Part shown: piece by piece, positions 21,436 to 31,077 of the stretch
How positions within the stretch are numbered: position 1 is the stretch's first letter
Layout of the letters: the number at the start of each line of letters is the position of its first letter
Assembly (NCBI GenBank): GCA_963664305.2
Contig: CAXXLV010000001.1
Span: forward strand, 1 to 64,000
Origin: an uncultured Aliarcobacter sp.
Lineage (GTDB): Bacteria > Campylobacterota > Campylobacteria > Campylobacterales > Arcobacteraceae
Length of the DNA stretch: 64,000 nt
Reading direction: 5' to 3'
The notes under the pieces: model-generated
The model's input: the letters and a program-made list of their open reading frames with translations, nothing else
The model's database searches: none
What the model was told of the DNA's origin: nothing
Position numbers and translations under genes: made by a program

Positions 21436-22302
21436 TTAATACAAATTTTTATTTATAAAATAACAATTATCTAAAAATGAACTATTCAAAATATATACTA
21501 TTATAGAAATCATTAATACAAAAACGACTATTCCATAAAAGTATCCATTGTTTGAAAAACTTTTAAAAATATTTCTTTTATTAAACTTTTTTCTAATCAA
21601 AGATGGTTTGTTAAATTTGACCATTACATTTTCACAGGCAACTTCACAAAGTCCACATTGAACACATCTTATATCAAAACCTGCTTTTATATCAAGGTCA
21701 TCAATAGGACAGATTTTTACACATTTTTCACAACTTATACAACTCTCTTTATCAAAAAACTCAAAAGTTTGTTTTTTCTCTTGTGGCAAAATCGCACTTA
21801 CAAAAAAATAAGGGCATAAAATAGAACAATACCACGCACGAAATACTAAAAATATACTTGTAAATCCTGTTGTTAAAATTCCAACAAAAATTGAAGCTGT
21901 ATCAAATTTTGTAAAATTTAAAAACAAATCAACAGCTGATGTAAAATACGAAATAGTTGAAAATGCCAAAATAAAAGCAAATGACATAATCGTAAAAAAA
22001 AGGACAAAAGGATTTTTTAGTTTCATAGCAATAATCGAAGCAAGAGAAGTTGGACAAAAATATCCACAAAAAAATCTTGATATTGTTAAATTTAATCCTA
22101 CTAATAATCCAATAAAAAGAGAAATTACAATATAAATCAACTGATGAGTTGAAGCTTCAAAAGCCATGAATAAAAACTCAAATCTATGAAACTCAAAATT
22201 GAACATCAACAAATGAATATCATTAAAACTTAACCATGGAAATAGAATATACAAAAAAAAGGTAATCAATAATGATGGAACTAAAATCTGTTTTTTTGCC
22301 AT
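21436..22302 (-). CDS. Membrane 4Fe-4S protein (CcoG/FixG/NapH-like)
   Basis: FCGYFCP, YCSILCP, CISCEKCVKICP, CVQCGLCEVAC. Confidence 0.9.
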   Translation of the reverse strand: MAKKQILVPSLLITFFLYILFPWLSFNDIHLLMFNFEFHRFEFLFMAFEASTHQLIYIVISLFIGLLVGLNLTISRFFCGYFCPTSLASIIAMKLKNPFVLFFTIMSFAFILAFSTISYFTSAVDLFLNFTKFDTASIFVGILTTGFTSIFLVFRAWYCSILCPYFFVSAILPQEKKQTFEFFDKESCISCEKCVKICPIDDLDIKAGFDIRCVQCGLCEVACENVMVKFNKPSLIRKKFNKRNIFKSFSNNGYFYGIVVFVLMISIIVYILNSSFLDNCYFINKNLY

Positions 22303-22754
22303 AAGTCTATCCTTTGTTCAGGTGGTAAAGTACCATTTTCATATAGATTGTTTTTTAGATTATTTATCAATCTACTAATCAGATTTTCGTTAAAAGTGTG
22401 ATATCTTTTTACAAGTTCGCTTTTTTTATCAAAAATCAAAATATAAGGCACACTTTTTGTCACTCCAAAATTTTTAGAATCATTAAGTGAAATAGATATT
22501 GTTTTTAGATTAGAAGTTTGTTTTATTGAAGTTGGAATATCTTCATCTACAAAAAGTAAAGTTATGAAAATCTCACTATTTTTTTCTCCTAAAGAGACTA
22601 AATAATCATTTGTCTTAATACAAACAGGACACCATGAAGTTACAAAAGCAACTATATTTATTTTATCTTTTTCTAAATTTTCTAAAGAAAAAGAGGTAGC
22701 AAGAGCCACCTCTTTTAGTATTAAAAATAGAAAAATTATCTTGACAATTTTCAT
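22281..22754 (-). CDS. Exported thioredoxin-fold (TlpA-like) protein
   Basis: Signal peptide, SWCPVC, cis-Pro VP. Confidence 0.85.
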   Translation of the reverse strand: MKIVKIIFLFLILKEVALATSFSLENLEKDKINIVAFVTSWCPVCIKTNDYLVSLGEKNSEIFITLLFVDEDIPTSIKQTSNLKTISISLNDSKNFGVTKSVPYILIFDKKSELVKRYHTFNENLISRLINNLKNNLYENGTLPPEQRIDLWQKNRF

Positions 22755-24079
22755 TTATTTGTATCTTTTAAAGAAAGAATCCAATCCACAAGTATTAAAG
22801 CTTCATCAGCTGTTACATCTTGAGCTGGCATTGGAATAACATCATATTTATTTACACTTCCATATTGAATAGAGTGAATTAAAACATCTTTGTTTCTTTC
22901 TTTATTTGAAACTTCTAAATAAGAAGGTCCAACCAATTTAACATCTACACTATGACAAGCTAAACACCCTTTTGATTCAGCTAAAATTACTGGATTTTTT
23001 AAATCTATTGCAGGCTTATTAGCTAATTCTTCTTTATATTTTTTATATTCTGCAATTGAAGCTGTCATAAACTCAGAAGTAGCTTGAGCTTGAAGTGCAA
23101 GTGGTTCTTCAAAAGATACAACTCTTACACCTTCTCTTGTTGTTGCCATTAAAAAAATTGAAACTACCACAAGAGCTATTGCTCTTAAAGCTGTTTGAGA
23201 AGTTACTACCTCATCATTAAATTTATTTAATACATATAAAAATGCAATAATTAAAAATATTGAAGAGATAAATGGTAAATAAATAAATCCTGTATGCATT
23301 AAAGCTTCACTAATACGTGCTGTAAATACAAATGGTAATAAAGGCATTACAACAATATTTAAAGGAGTTGCAAGTAAGAACCATTTTTTACCTTGGCTAA
23401 TTGCAATTTTTCCTATTTCAATCTCACCTTTTTTTACCCATCTAGCACCTATAAATATCATAACAACACCTGTTGCCATAAATGCTGTTAAAAAGAAATT
23501 TAAAAGTCTAAATCCAGTAACAGGAGTAAACATAATGTCCCAAATATTATTTATAGTTGCAAATAATTCTGGTTGCATATAAAGATTTGTCATTGACATA
23601 AATACAAAAGGTAAAGTAAAAAATGCTAATACAGCTGATAATCCAATTGCTATATGAAAACCTTTATGATTTTGTAAAGCATGCCATGAAAATTTATAAG
23701 CATAAGAAAGTAAAAAGGCAATGATATTTCCATAAATAATATGTAAAATATGTGGACTAACTTTCAAAATTGCTGTATAAAAAAATCCTGTAAAAAGTAC
23801 AGAGATTACAAGTAAAGGAGCAACTCCCCATAAAGCACCCATATTTTCTGATACTGTTGTGTAGTTTGTCATTCTATATGCAAACTTATCATAATTTGAA
23901 TCTTTTTTAAATACACCCATAATATTATAAATAACAGAAGCAGTTGAAGCACCAATTAACATATAAATAAAACAGATATGAACAACAAAAACTATAATTC
24001 CTAAAATACTAAAAAACTCTAAAGGAAGTCCTAAAGTTGGTGTAATTAATGGAATATCAAATGGTAATTTCCAATTCAT
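22751..24079 (-). CDS. CydA-like polytopic membrane protein with C-terminal class I cytochrome c
   Basis: ~9 TM helices, TM1 His (VVHICF), TTREGVR, GCLACH...VGPSY...IPMP. Confidence 0.8.
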   Translation of the reverse strand: MNWKLPFDIPLITPTLGLPLEFFSILGIIVFVVHICFIYMLIGASTASVIYNIMGVFKKDSNYDKFAYRMTNYTTVSENMGALWGVAPLLVISVLFTGFFYTAILKVSPHILHIIYGNIIAFLLSYAYKFSWHALQNHKGFHIAIGLSAVLAFFTLPFVFMSMTNLYMQPELFATINNIWDIMFTPVTGFRLLNFFLTAFMATGVVMIFIGARWVKKGEIEIGKIAISQGKKWFLLATPLNIVVMPLLPFVFTARISEALMHTGFIYLPFISSIFLIIAFLYVLNKFNDEVVTSQTALRAIALVVVSIFLMATTREGVRVVSFEEPLALQAQATSEFMTASIAEYKKYKEELANKPAIDLKNPVILAESKGCLACHSVDVKLVGPSYLEVSNKERNKDVLIHSIQYGSVNKYDVIPMPAQDVTADEALILVDWILSLKDTNK

Positions 24080-25476
24080 TTTATAACTCCTTTAGTATTT
24101 AAAGATTTAATATAAGCTGCAAGTGCATCTTTTTCAGCTTCAGTTCCAACAAATGGAGGCATATATGGAGTTCCACCACCAGGAAGATTATTTAACCTAT
24201 TTCTAATAGCATCATGAGACCAACCTGTTGTTAAGAATTTAAGTCCATTAATACCATTTTGGGTATGACAGATACGACACTCTATTTGGAAAATAGACTT
24301 CCCTACTTCAATAATATTTGATTTATCTTCATTTACTCGTTTTTTCTTTTCATCTAAAAAAACAGCATGTTCTAAAATACCAACCTTATTTAAGTATGGA
24401 ACATCTGTAACTCTAATTCCATTTGAATACATATAGTTATAAATTAAAAAAGGTTTTCGTATAAACTCTCTTACTCTTTCTTCATATCCCCAAAGTACTA
24501 AAAATCCAGCAACCATTAAACTAGCTGCTAAATAAGGCATTCTTTTTGGAGAAAAGTAAGCAATAATTGTTGTGATAATAATACTTCCACCAATACCAAT
24601 AGCAATAAGATACATTAAATCAAATCTATCTTCAAATGCTCTTGTCATAACAGCTGTTGGTATCATGGCAAGTGCTGCTGCTGGAATTTCTGTGTAATAC
24701 CAATAACCAAAGATTGCACTAATAGGCACTGTAATCAGCATAATTCCAGCTAAAAATTTTACTAATCTTGCTTTTGCTTCCTTGTCTTCTTCATTTTTTG
24801 AAAAAGTTGCGATGATCCAAGTCCACATTATTGCAAGTGCTGCTGCAAATGCTATTGATGTAAATGTTCTAAAGGCAAGTGAAGGCCACCAAGTTGGATT
24901 AAATAAAGCATTGTTATAGTTTACATTTCCAGGATAAACTTGAGGGTCAACCCAAGGTTGTCCATCAAAATTTGGAGTAAGCATAAATGCTAAAATTGCA
25001 GTGATAATAACCATAGTTAACCATGAAGAAATAGCATAATAAACACCAATTCTTATAGTTTTAGCTCTACCTTGTGGTGTTTCTTGATTTTTTTTCCAAC
25101 TCATAAATAGTAAAAGTAAAAGTACAACTTCAAAGTTAAATACAATCCACTCTATAAACCATTTCCAGAAAAATACTCTAATAAGCCCACCTATTGCATT
25201 TGGACTTAAAATATTGGCATGAATCCACATACCAACACCTGTTAATGCTCCAACTGATGTAGATACAATAAAGAAAACCATAACAACTTTAAATGTTAAG
25301 TTATATGCTGCCATATCGTTTTTCTTATTTGCCCACCAAGCCATTGCAGCTAATACAATAGATCCACCAACTGCTCCTCCATGAGATACAAAAACATGAA
25401 TAATTGCGTTTATAGCCATTAGCATTCTTTGACCTATAAAAGGCATCTCAAAAATGGGGTAATCAAACATACCCAA
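24076..25476 (-). CDS. Cytochrome bd subunit I-like protein with C-terminal c-type heme
   Basis: IIHVFVSH, VGALTG, IEWIVFNFE, AFMLTP, FNP, ERVREFIRKPF (GWxxxExGRQPW-like), CRICH...YMPPF. Confidence 0.88.
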   Translation of the reverse strand: MGMFDYPIFEMPFIGQRMLMAINAIIHVFVSHGGAVGGSIVLAAMAWWANKKNDMAAYNLTFKVVMVFFIVSTSVGALTGVGMWIHANILSPNAIGGLIRVFFWKWFIEWIVFNFEVVLLLLLFMSWKKNQETPQGRAKTIRIGVYYAISSWLTMVIITAILAFMLTPNFDGQPWVDPQVYPGNVNYNNALFNPTWWPSLAFRTFTSIAFAAALAIMWTWIIATFSKNEEDKEAKARLVKFLAGIMLITVPISAIFGYWYYTEIPAAALAMIPTAVMTRAFEDRFDLMYLIAIGIGGSIIITTIIAYFSPKRMPYLAASLMVAGFLVLWGYEERVREFIRKPFLIYNYMYSNGIRVTDVPYLNKVGILEHAVFLDEKKKRVNEDKSNIIEVGKSIFQIECRICHTQNGINGLKFLTTGWSHDAIRNRLNNLPGGGTPYMPPFVGTEAEKDALAAYIKSLNTKGVIK

Positions 25477-25559
25477 ATCCTCCCTATATATATATTTGCT
25501 TATGCAAATGCTATTTTAATGCTACTGTGTTAATTATTCGTTTGTGTTTTTTAGGGATT

Positions 25560-26225
25560 TTAAATGTTGATTTTATAACCATTTACTCTATTTGAGATAA
25601 TGATATCATTTCCTAGAATTTGTCTAAGTTTATGTATATGAAAACGGATTACACCATTTTTATTATTACTATTTGCAGGATAAACTCCATTTTCTAAATT
25701 TTCAGAAGAGACAAAAAAACCTCTAAATTTAAGTAAATAATCTAAAATTAAAAGAGGTTTTTCTCCTAAATGAACTTCTGTTTTATCAATCAAAATTTTT
25801 TTATGAAATATCTCATATTCGATATTTTTTCTTATATGAATAGAATCTGAATAAATTTTGAATTGTCTTCTAATAAGTGCTTTTATACGCAATAAAATCT
25901 CTTTTTCATCTATATTTTTTATAATACATTCATCACAGCCAGATAAAAAAGATGGTTTAATAATATTTGGAATTGAAGCTATAACCATTTTCATAGTCAT
26001 ATCATGATATTCATTTAATAATTGAATTAACTGAAATCTAGGAAGAGATTTTTCATTTATATTTATTAGATACAAATCATATAAATTATTATAAATACAT
26101 TCCAAAAATTCACTATTATTACTACAAATATCTACTGAAAAATCATTATTTCTTAAAATTTCTATAATTTGAGAAATCGAATTATCACTACTTTCTAAAA
26201 CTAAAATTTTTAATACCTTCAACAA
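25560..26225 (-). CDS. Atypical OmpR-family response regulator lacking the phospho-acceptor Asp
   Basis: LVLESS replaces the acidic pocket, YLININ replaces LLD; winged helix ending NGYKI. Confidence 0.85.
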   Translation of the reverse strand: MLKVLKILVLESSDNSISQIIEILRNNDFSVDICSNNSEFLECIYNNLYDLYLININEKSLPRFQLIQLLNEYHDMTMKMVIASIPNIIKPSFLSGCDECIIKNIDEKEILLRIKALIRRQFKIYSDSIHIRKNIEYEIFHKKILIDKTEVHLGEKPLLILDYLLKFRGFFVSSENLENGVYPANSNNKNGVIRFHIHKLRQILGNDIIISNRVNGYKINI

Positions 26226-26327
26226 CTCTCTCCAATTTTACGATTAATAAAATTGTAAAATAAATCTATTAATTATCTGTTAGTTGAAATAGTATAGAAT
26301 CACAAAAAAATTATATTTGGTAAAAAA

Positions 26328-26882
26328 ATGATAAAACAAGCACAAAAAAACAATATAACAAATATCTCTTTTCTTATATTTAATGCTATTCACAATATTG
26401 CAAACACACTAACTGGTGAAAATGAAGAAAAAAAAATACTAAAAACTTTAGACTTTTATATAACTATGGAGATTAATAGATTAAGTTATAACAATATCTA
26501 TACTTATGAAATAGAAAATCAAATAGTTGCTTTGATTCTTGTTTATAATTCAAATGATGTAAAAAAGCTTGATACTCCTATTTTAGAACATCTAAAAACA
26601 AAAAATATTTATTTAGACTCATTTGAAAAAGAGTGTTTTGAAGATGAATTTTATATAGATACAGTTAGTGTTAGTCCAAATTTTCAAGGAAAAGGAATAG
26701 CAAAAGAACTATTTATTTATATAGAAGAAAAAGCAAAAGAGTTGGGATTTGATAAAGTTTCATTGCTTGTTGATTTTGAAAATCCAAAAGCTTTAGCTTT
26801 ATATGAAAAACTAGGATTTCAAAAAAACAATATTTTAGAAGTTTCAAACCACAATTATCATCATATGATAAAAATGGTCTGA
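26328..26882 (+). CDS. GNAT N-acetyltransferase
   Basis: VSVSPNFQGKGIAK, N.KALALYEKLGF. Confidence 0.92.
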   Translation: MIKQAQKNNITNISFLIFNAIHNIANTLTGENEEKKILKTLDFYITMEINRLSYNNIYTYEIENQIVALILVYNSNDVKKLDTPILEHLKTKNIYLDSFEKECFEDEFYIDTVSVSPNFQGKGIAKELFIYIEEKAKELGFDKVSLLVDFENPKALALYEKLGFQKNNILEVSNHNYHHMIKMV

Positions 26883-26887
26883 ATTAT

Positions 26888-28339
26888 TTAAAAAGCTTTT
26901 GAATTTAAAAGTAAAAATAGAGCTAAAATAAACATAAAAATTGGAGCAATAATTTCTAAAATATTTGCAAATTTTTGTGATTTATTTGAAACTTTATGAA
27001 GAGTTACTCCTAAAAAAGATGAAGCAAAAATCACTGTTGCCATTCCTAAACTTATACTAATACTTGACAAAATCACGGAAAAATATGTTTTTAATAAAAA
27101 CGCATAAACAAAAAGTAAAACTGTTCCAGGACAAGGTATTATTCCAGCTGTTAAAACAAAAATCAAATCTTGTTTTTTACTTCTTTTTGTATCTATTATT
27201 GGTTTATTTTGACTTGTTCTTACAAAATTCATATTTTGTAGATTTAGTGAAAATTTTGTAGTTTCTAAAGGCACACTACAAGAACAACAAACACATGATT
27301 TTTTAGTTAATTTTCTATATAAAATATATAAAGCTAAAAGCATTATAATAACTGCACAAAATGCTGTTATATAAGAAATTGAATTTTCCATAAATCTATT
27401 TAAAACACTTTCAAGTACAAAAACAGAAAATAAAACTAAAATCAAAGCTCCAATAATATGAACAAATGCTGTAACCAATGAAATAACAAAAGCTTCTAAA
27501 TAAGAACTTTTTTGAGAAGAAAAATATGAAAATGCTAAAGCTTTTCCATGACCTGGACCAAAAGCATGAATAACTCCATATAAAAATGAAGCCATAAGTA
27601 AAAATATTAAAGCAAATTTATCTCCATTTTCTATATCAACTAAATACCTTTTTATATTTTTTACAAATTTATCCAATAAATTTTCATCTTTTATTTGTTC
27701 GTTCTTAACTTGAACTATCTCTTCTTTTTTATCTTCAATTTTTTCTTCTTTTTTTACTTCAGTGATATTTTCTTGAAGAGTTAAAGTTGGAGCATTTATA
27801 GTATATGAAACTTCATTTATATCAGTACTTTTAGAGATTTTATAAGGAATATTAAATAACTGTTTTTTATCTTCAAATACAATTAGAAAATAACTCAAAT
27901 CATCAAAAATCTTTATTGTTAAAATATTTTTATCGTAAATTTTATAGTTTAAATCGATTTTATAATCAAATGATAGATTTGAATTTTTGTAACTTAGTTT
28001 ATAATCTTTTACTTCAAAAGGAAGAGAGTTTTTATTTTTTTCATTAGTATAAGAGATTGTTGTAAGAAAATTTTTTGGTTTTATATAATCAATTAAAGAT
28101 TGTTCGATGAGTTTCAACTCTTTTTCTTCAAAAGTTCCATTTAAATTTAAATCATAAATTTTAAATAACTCTTCTTGAAACTCTTTTGCAAAACTCCAAT
28201 TTACTTTTAGAGTTTTTATATACTCTTTATCTGCTTTTACTTGTGTTGTAACATGAGTTTTTGGACTATAAATGGAGCATAAAGAACATCCAAAAAGGAT
28301 GCCTTTAAAAAAAATCAGTATTAATAAAAGACGAATCAT
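26888..28339 (-). CDS. DUF1007-like periplasmic domain fused to a NicO/RcnA-type metal transporter (ZevA-ZevB-like fusion)
   Basis: Signal peptide then CSLC; YGVIHAFGPGHGK, GIIPCPG; Cys-rich loop CVCCSC. Confidence 0.82.
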   Translation of the reverse strand: MIRLLLILIFFKGILFGCSLCSIYSPKTHVTTQVKADKEYIKTLKVNWSFAKEFQEELFKIYDLNLNGTFEEKELKLIEQSLIDYIKPKNFLTTISYTNEKNKNSLPFEVKDYKLSYKNSNLSFDYKIDLNYKIYDKNILTIKIFDDLSYFLIVFEDKKQLFNIPYKISKSTDINEVSYTINAPTLTLQENITEVKKEEKIEDKKEEIVQVKNEQIKDENLLDKFVKNIKRYLVDIENGDKFALIFLLMASFLYGVIHAFGPGHGKALAFSYFSSQKSSYLEAFVISLVTAFVHIIGALILVLFSVFVLESVLNRFMENSISYITAFCAVIIMLLALYILYRKLTKKSCVCCSCSVPLETTKFSLNLQNMNFVRTSQNKPIIDTKRSKKQDLIFVLTAGIIPCPGTVLLFVYAFLLKTYFSVILSSISISLGMATVIFASSFLGVTLHKVSNKSQKFANILEIIAPIFMFILALFLLLNSKAF

Positions 28340-29265
28340 TTATAACTATTTGCTATTTCATTTGCCGTTTTTAATAAATCATTTGACCAGTTTTCAGATA
28401 AAGGGTCAATTGCAACAACATTTGCTCCAATATTTTTAGAGATAGTTTGTGCACTTTTTTGAGAAAATTGAGGAGAAACAAAAACTATTTTTATATTATG
28501 TTTTTTAGCCTCTTCTATTAATTCAACTAATTCATTAGGTTTTGCCTCTTTTCCTTCAATTTCAATAGAAATTTGTTCTAACTCATATCTTTTTGCAAAA
28601 TATCCCCAAGATGGATGAAAAACCATAAAAGCTTTATCTTTATATGGAGATAATATATTTTTAATCTCTTTGTCTAACTCATCAAGCTCTTTTATAAATT
28701 CATCATAATTTGTTTTATAAAAATCACTATTTTGTGCATCTACTTTTATCATAGCTTCATAAATATTTTTTGCTTGAATTTTTACTAAAATAGGGTCTAA
28801 CCAAATATGTGGGTCTAAACCCGTATGGTCATGAGCATGTTCTTCATGTCCATCTTCTTCATGGTCATCATGTTTTGCTTCATCTTCATGCTCATGTTTT
28901 ACATCAGAATTTACTTTTTCATCATGATGTTCATGTTTAGGCATTTCCATTTTTTCAATACCAATTGTTGTATCTACAAATAGAGTATTTTTTGCACTTT
29001 GTTTAAATTTTTCTAACCAAACTTTTTCTGTTGTATCACCTGCTAAAAAATAAACTTTTGAAGCAACTAAAGATTTCATTTGAGATGGTTTTGGCTCATA
29101 ATTATGAGGAGATACTCCTGGTTTAACCATAACATTTATCTCATATTTATCTTTTACAATTTTTTGAACAAAATATTTTTGAGGTAAAATATTTACAGTT
29201 AACTCTGGCTTGTTTGCATATAGAAATGATACAAATATCATAAATAAGAATATTACTCTTTTCAA
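28336..29265 (-). CDS. znuA: Zinc ABC-type substrate-binding protein
   Basis: SPHNYEP, His/Glu/Asp-rich loop, DPHIWLDP, FHPSWGYF. Confidence 0.9.
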   Translation of the reverse strand: MKRVIFLFMIFVSFLYANKPELTVNILPQKYFVQKIVKDKYEINVMVKPGVSPHNYEPKPSQMKSLVASKVYFLAGDTTEKVWLEKFKQSAKNTLFVDTTIGIEKMEMPKHEHHDEKVNSDVKHEHEDEAKHDDHEEDGHEEHAHDHTGLDPHIWLDPILVKIQAKNIYEAMIKVDAQNSDFYKTNYDEFIKELDELDKEIKNILSPYKDKAFMVFHPSWGYFAKRYELEQISIEIEGKEAKPNELVELIEEAKKHNIKIVFVSPQFSQKSAQTISKNIGANVVAIDPLSENWSNDLLKTANEIANSYK

Positions 29266-29282
29266 AATTTTTCCTTTTAAAT

Positions 29283-29349
29283 TTGCAACTAGGTTGCAAT
29301 AATTTTTGTGATTTTAATCCAACTTTTCTTTAATGCAACTTAGTCGTAA
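29283..29349. promoter_or_regulatory. Candidate Zur operator: 7-3-7 palindrome plus a degenerate second copy
   Basis: TTGCAAC-TAG-GTTGCAA at 29283-29299; ATGCAAC-TTA-GTCGTAA at 29333-29349; between divergent znuA and the Fur-family gene. Confidence 0.7.
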
Positions 29350-29385
29350 AACTAATTTTAAAAAAAAATTGCTATAATCTTAACT

Positions 29386-29763
29386 ATGAATATATTAGAT
29401 AATTTAACAAACATTACAAATATCAAGCTTACAAGTGCTAGAAAATCTATTTTAGAACTTTTGGTAAATTCAAATAAACCTTTATCATATGAAGATATGA
29501 GAGAGTATATTTCTATGGACAAAGCAACATTTTATAGAAATATTACTATTTTTGAAGAGGAAAATTTGATTAGTTCTTTTGAATCAAATGATAAAAAAAG
29601 ATACTTTGAGATTAAAAAAAATCAACATTCTCATTTTATCTGTTCAGAGTGTTCAAAAATAGAGTGTATTCATGAAAAATTAGATTTTGTTATGCCCGGA
29701 TATAAAATCGAAAATATTATTATCAAAGGTATATGTAAAAATTGTATGGAAGGAAAAGAATGA
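29386..29763 (+). CDS. Fur-family transcriptional regulator, probably Zur
   Basis: LTSARKSIL, ATFYRNI, HSHFICSEC, GICKNC; divergent from znuA. Confidence 0.88.
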   Translation: MNILDNLTNITNIKLTSARKSILELLVNSNKPLSYEDMREYISMDKATFYRNITIFEEENLISSFESNDKKRYFEIKKNQHSHFICSECSKIECIHEKLDFVMPGYKIENIIIKGICKNCMEGKE

Positions 29764-31052
29764 TAAAAAAATTTTTAGTTATTGAAGACTTTATTTCAAA
29801 AGAAGCATTAAGTGGAATTATTCTATTTATTGCAACTGTTGCAGCTGTTATTGTTGCAAATTCTAGTTTAGGTCAAGAATATTACAATTTATGGCATATG
29901 CCATTAGGAGTGACATTAGGTGATAGAACTATTTCTATGACTTTAACTTATTGGATAAATGATGGTCTTATGGCTCTATTTTTCCTTATGGTTGGACTTG
30001 AAATAAAAAGAGAGATGATAATAGGTGAACTTTCAAGTGTAAGTAAAGCCTCTTTCCCAATTGTTGCTGCAATTGGAGGAATGGTAATCCCAGCTTTGAT
30101 TTATGTTGGATTTAATACTGAAAATCCTATGGGATTTGGTATTCCAATGGCAACAGATATTGCCTTTGCATTAGGTATTTTAATGCTTTTAGGTACAAAA
30201 GTAAATCCAGCTGTTAAACTATTTTTAGTAGCTCTTGCTGTTGTTGATGACTTAGGTGCTGTTTTAGTAGTTGCAACTGTTTATACAAGTGAAATTAAAT
30301 TTGAATATTTTTTACATGCAGGAATTGCATATGGACTTATTTGGTTTTTAAATTATAGTGGTGTGAAAAAAATCTTACCATATTTGATTTTAGGAATTTT
30401 CTTATGGATATTTATTCATGAGATTGGAATTCATGCGACAATTGCTGGAGTTTTACTAGCTTTTGCAATTCCTATTAGTTCTAAAATAGATGAAAAAGAG
30501 TTTATTCAAAAAACAAGAAATTCCGTTGATGAATTTGAAAAAAATATAGATGAAATTCCTATTTTAAATCATCATCAAACAGATGCATTAGAGAGTATTG
30601 CTTATGGATATGATAAAGTTCAAAATCCATTAGTTAGACTTGAGCATAATCTTCATGGTTTATCTGCATTTTTTATTATGCCATTATTTGCTTTTTCAAA
30701 TGCGGGAGTTTTAATCGATTTCTCAACAGTTTCTGCAAATCTAATGATAGTTTCTGGTGTTGTTTTTGGTTTATTAATTGGAAAACCAATAGGTATTTTT
30801 GGATTTACTTATCTTTTAACAAAACTAAGAATTATCAAAAAACCTGAAAATATCAGTTGGTTTGAAGTAATTGCAGTTGGTTTCTTAGGTGGTATTGGAT
30901 TTACAATGTCAATTTTCATCACTCATTTAGCTTTTGTTGATGAAGGAATTATTGCTGCTGTTAAACTTGGAATCTTCGGAGCTTCATTTATAGCTGCGAT
31001 ATTTGGTATTTTATTAATTTTAGCAAGTAGTAGAAAAAAATATAACTCTTAA
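29760..31052 (+). CDS. nhaA: Na+/H+ antiporter NhaA
   Basis: WINDGLMALFF, GLEIKRE, MATDIAF, LAVVDDLGA, GIGFTMSIF; ATG 29760 overlaps the upstream TGA. Confidence 0.96.
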   Translation: MIKKFLVIEDFISKEALSGIILFIATVAAVIVANSSLGQEYYNLWHMPLGVTLGDRTISMTLTYWINDGLMALFFLMVGLEIKREMIIGELSSVSKASFPIVAAIGGMVIPALIYVGFNTENPMGFGIPMATDIAFALGILMLLGTKVNPAVKLFLVALAVVDDLGAVLVVATVYTSEIKFEYFLHAGIAYGLIWFLNYSGVKKILPYLILGIFLWIFIHEIGIHATIAGVLLAFAIPISSKIDEKEFIQKTRNSVDEFEKNIDEIPILNHHQTDALESIAYGYDKVQNPLVRLEHNLHGLSAFFIMPLFAFSNAGVLIDFSTVSANLMIVSGVVFGLLIGKPIGIFGFTYLLTKLRIIKKPENISWFEVIAVGFLGGIGFTMSIFITHLAFVDEGIIAAVKLGIFGASFIAAIFGILLILASSRKKYNS

Positions 31053-31077
31053 AAAAATAAAAACTCTTTAAGAGTTT

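Noticed and set aside
28830..28940. CAT-rich low-complexity repeat
   Set aside because: It is the ordinary His-rich loop of ZnuA.
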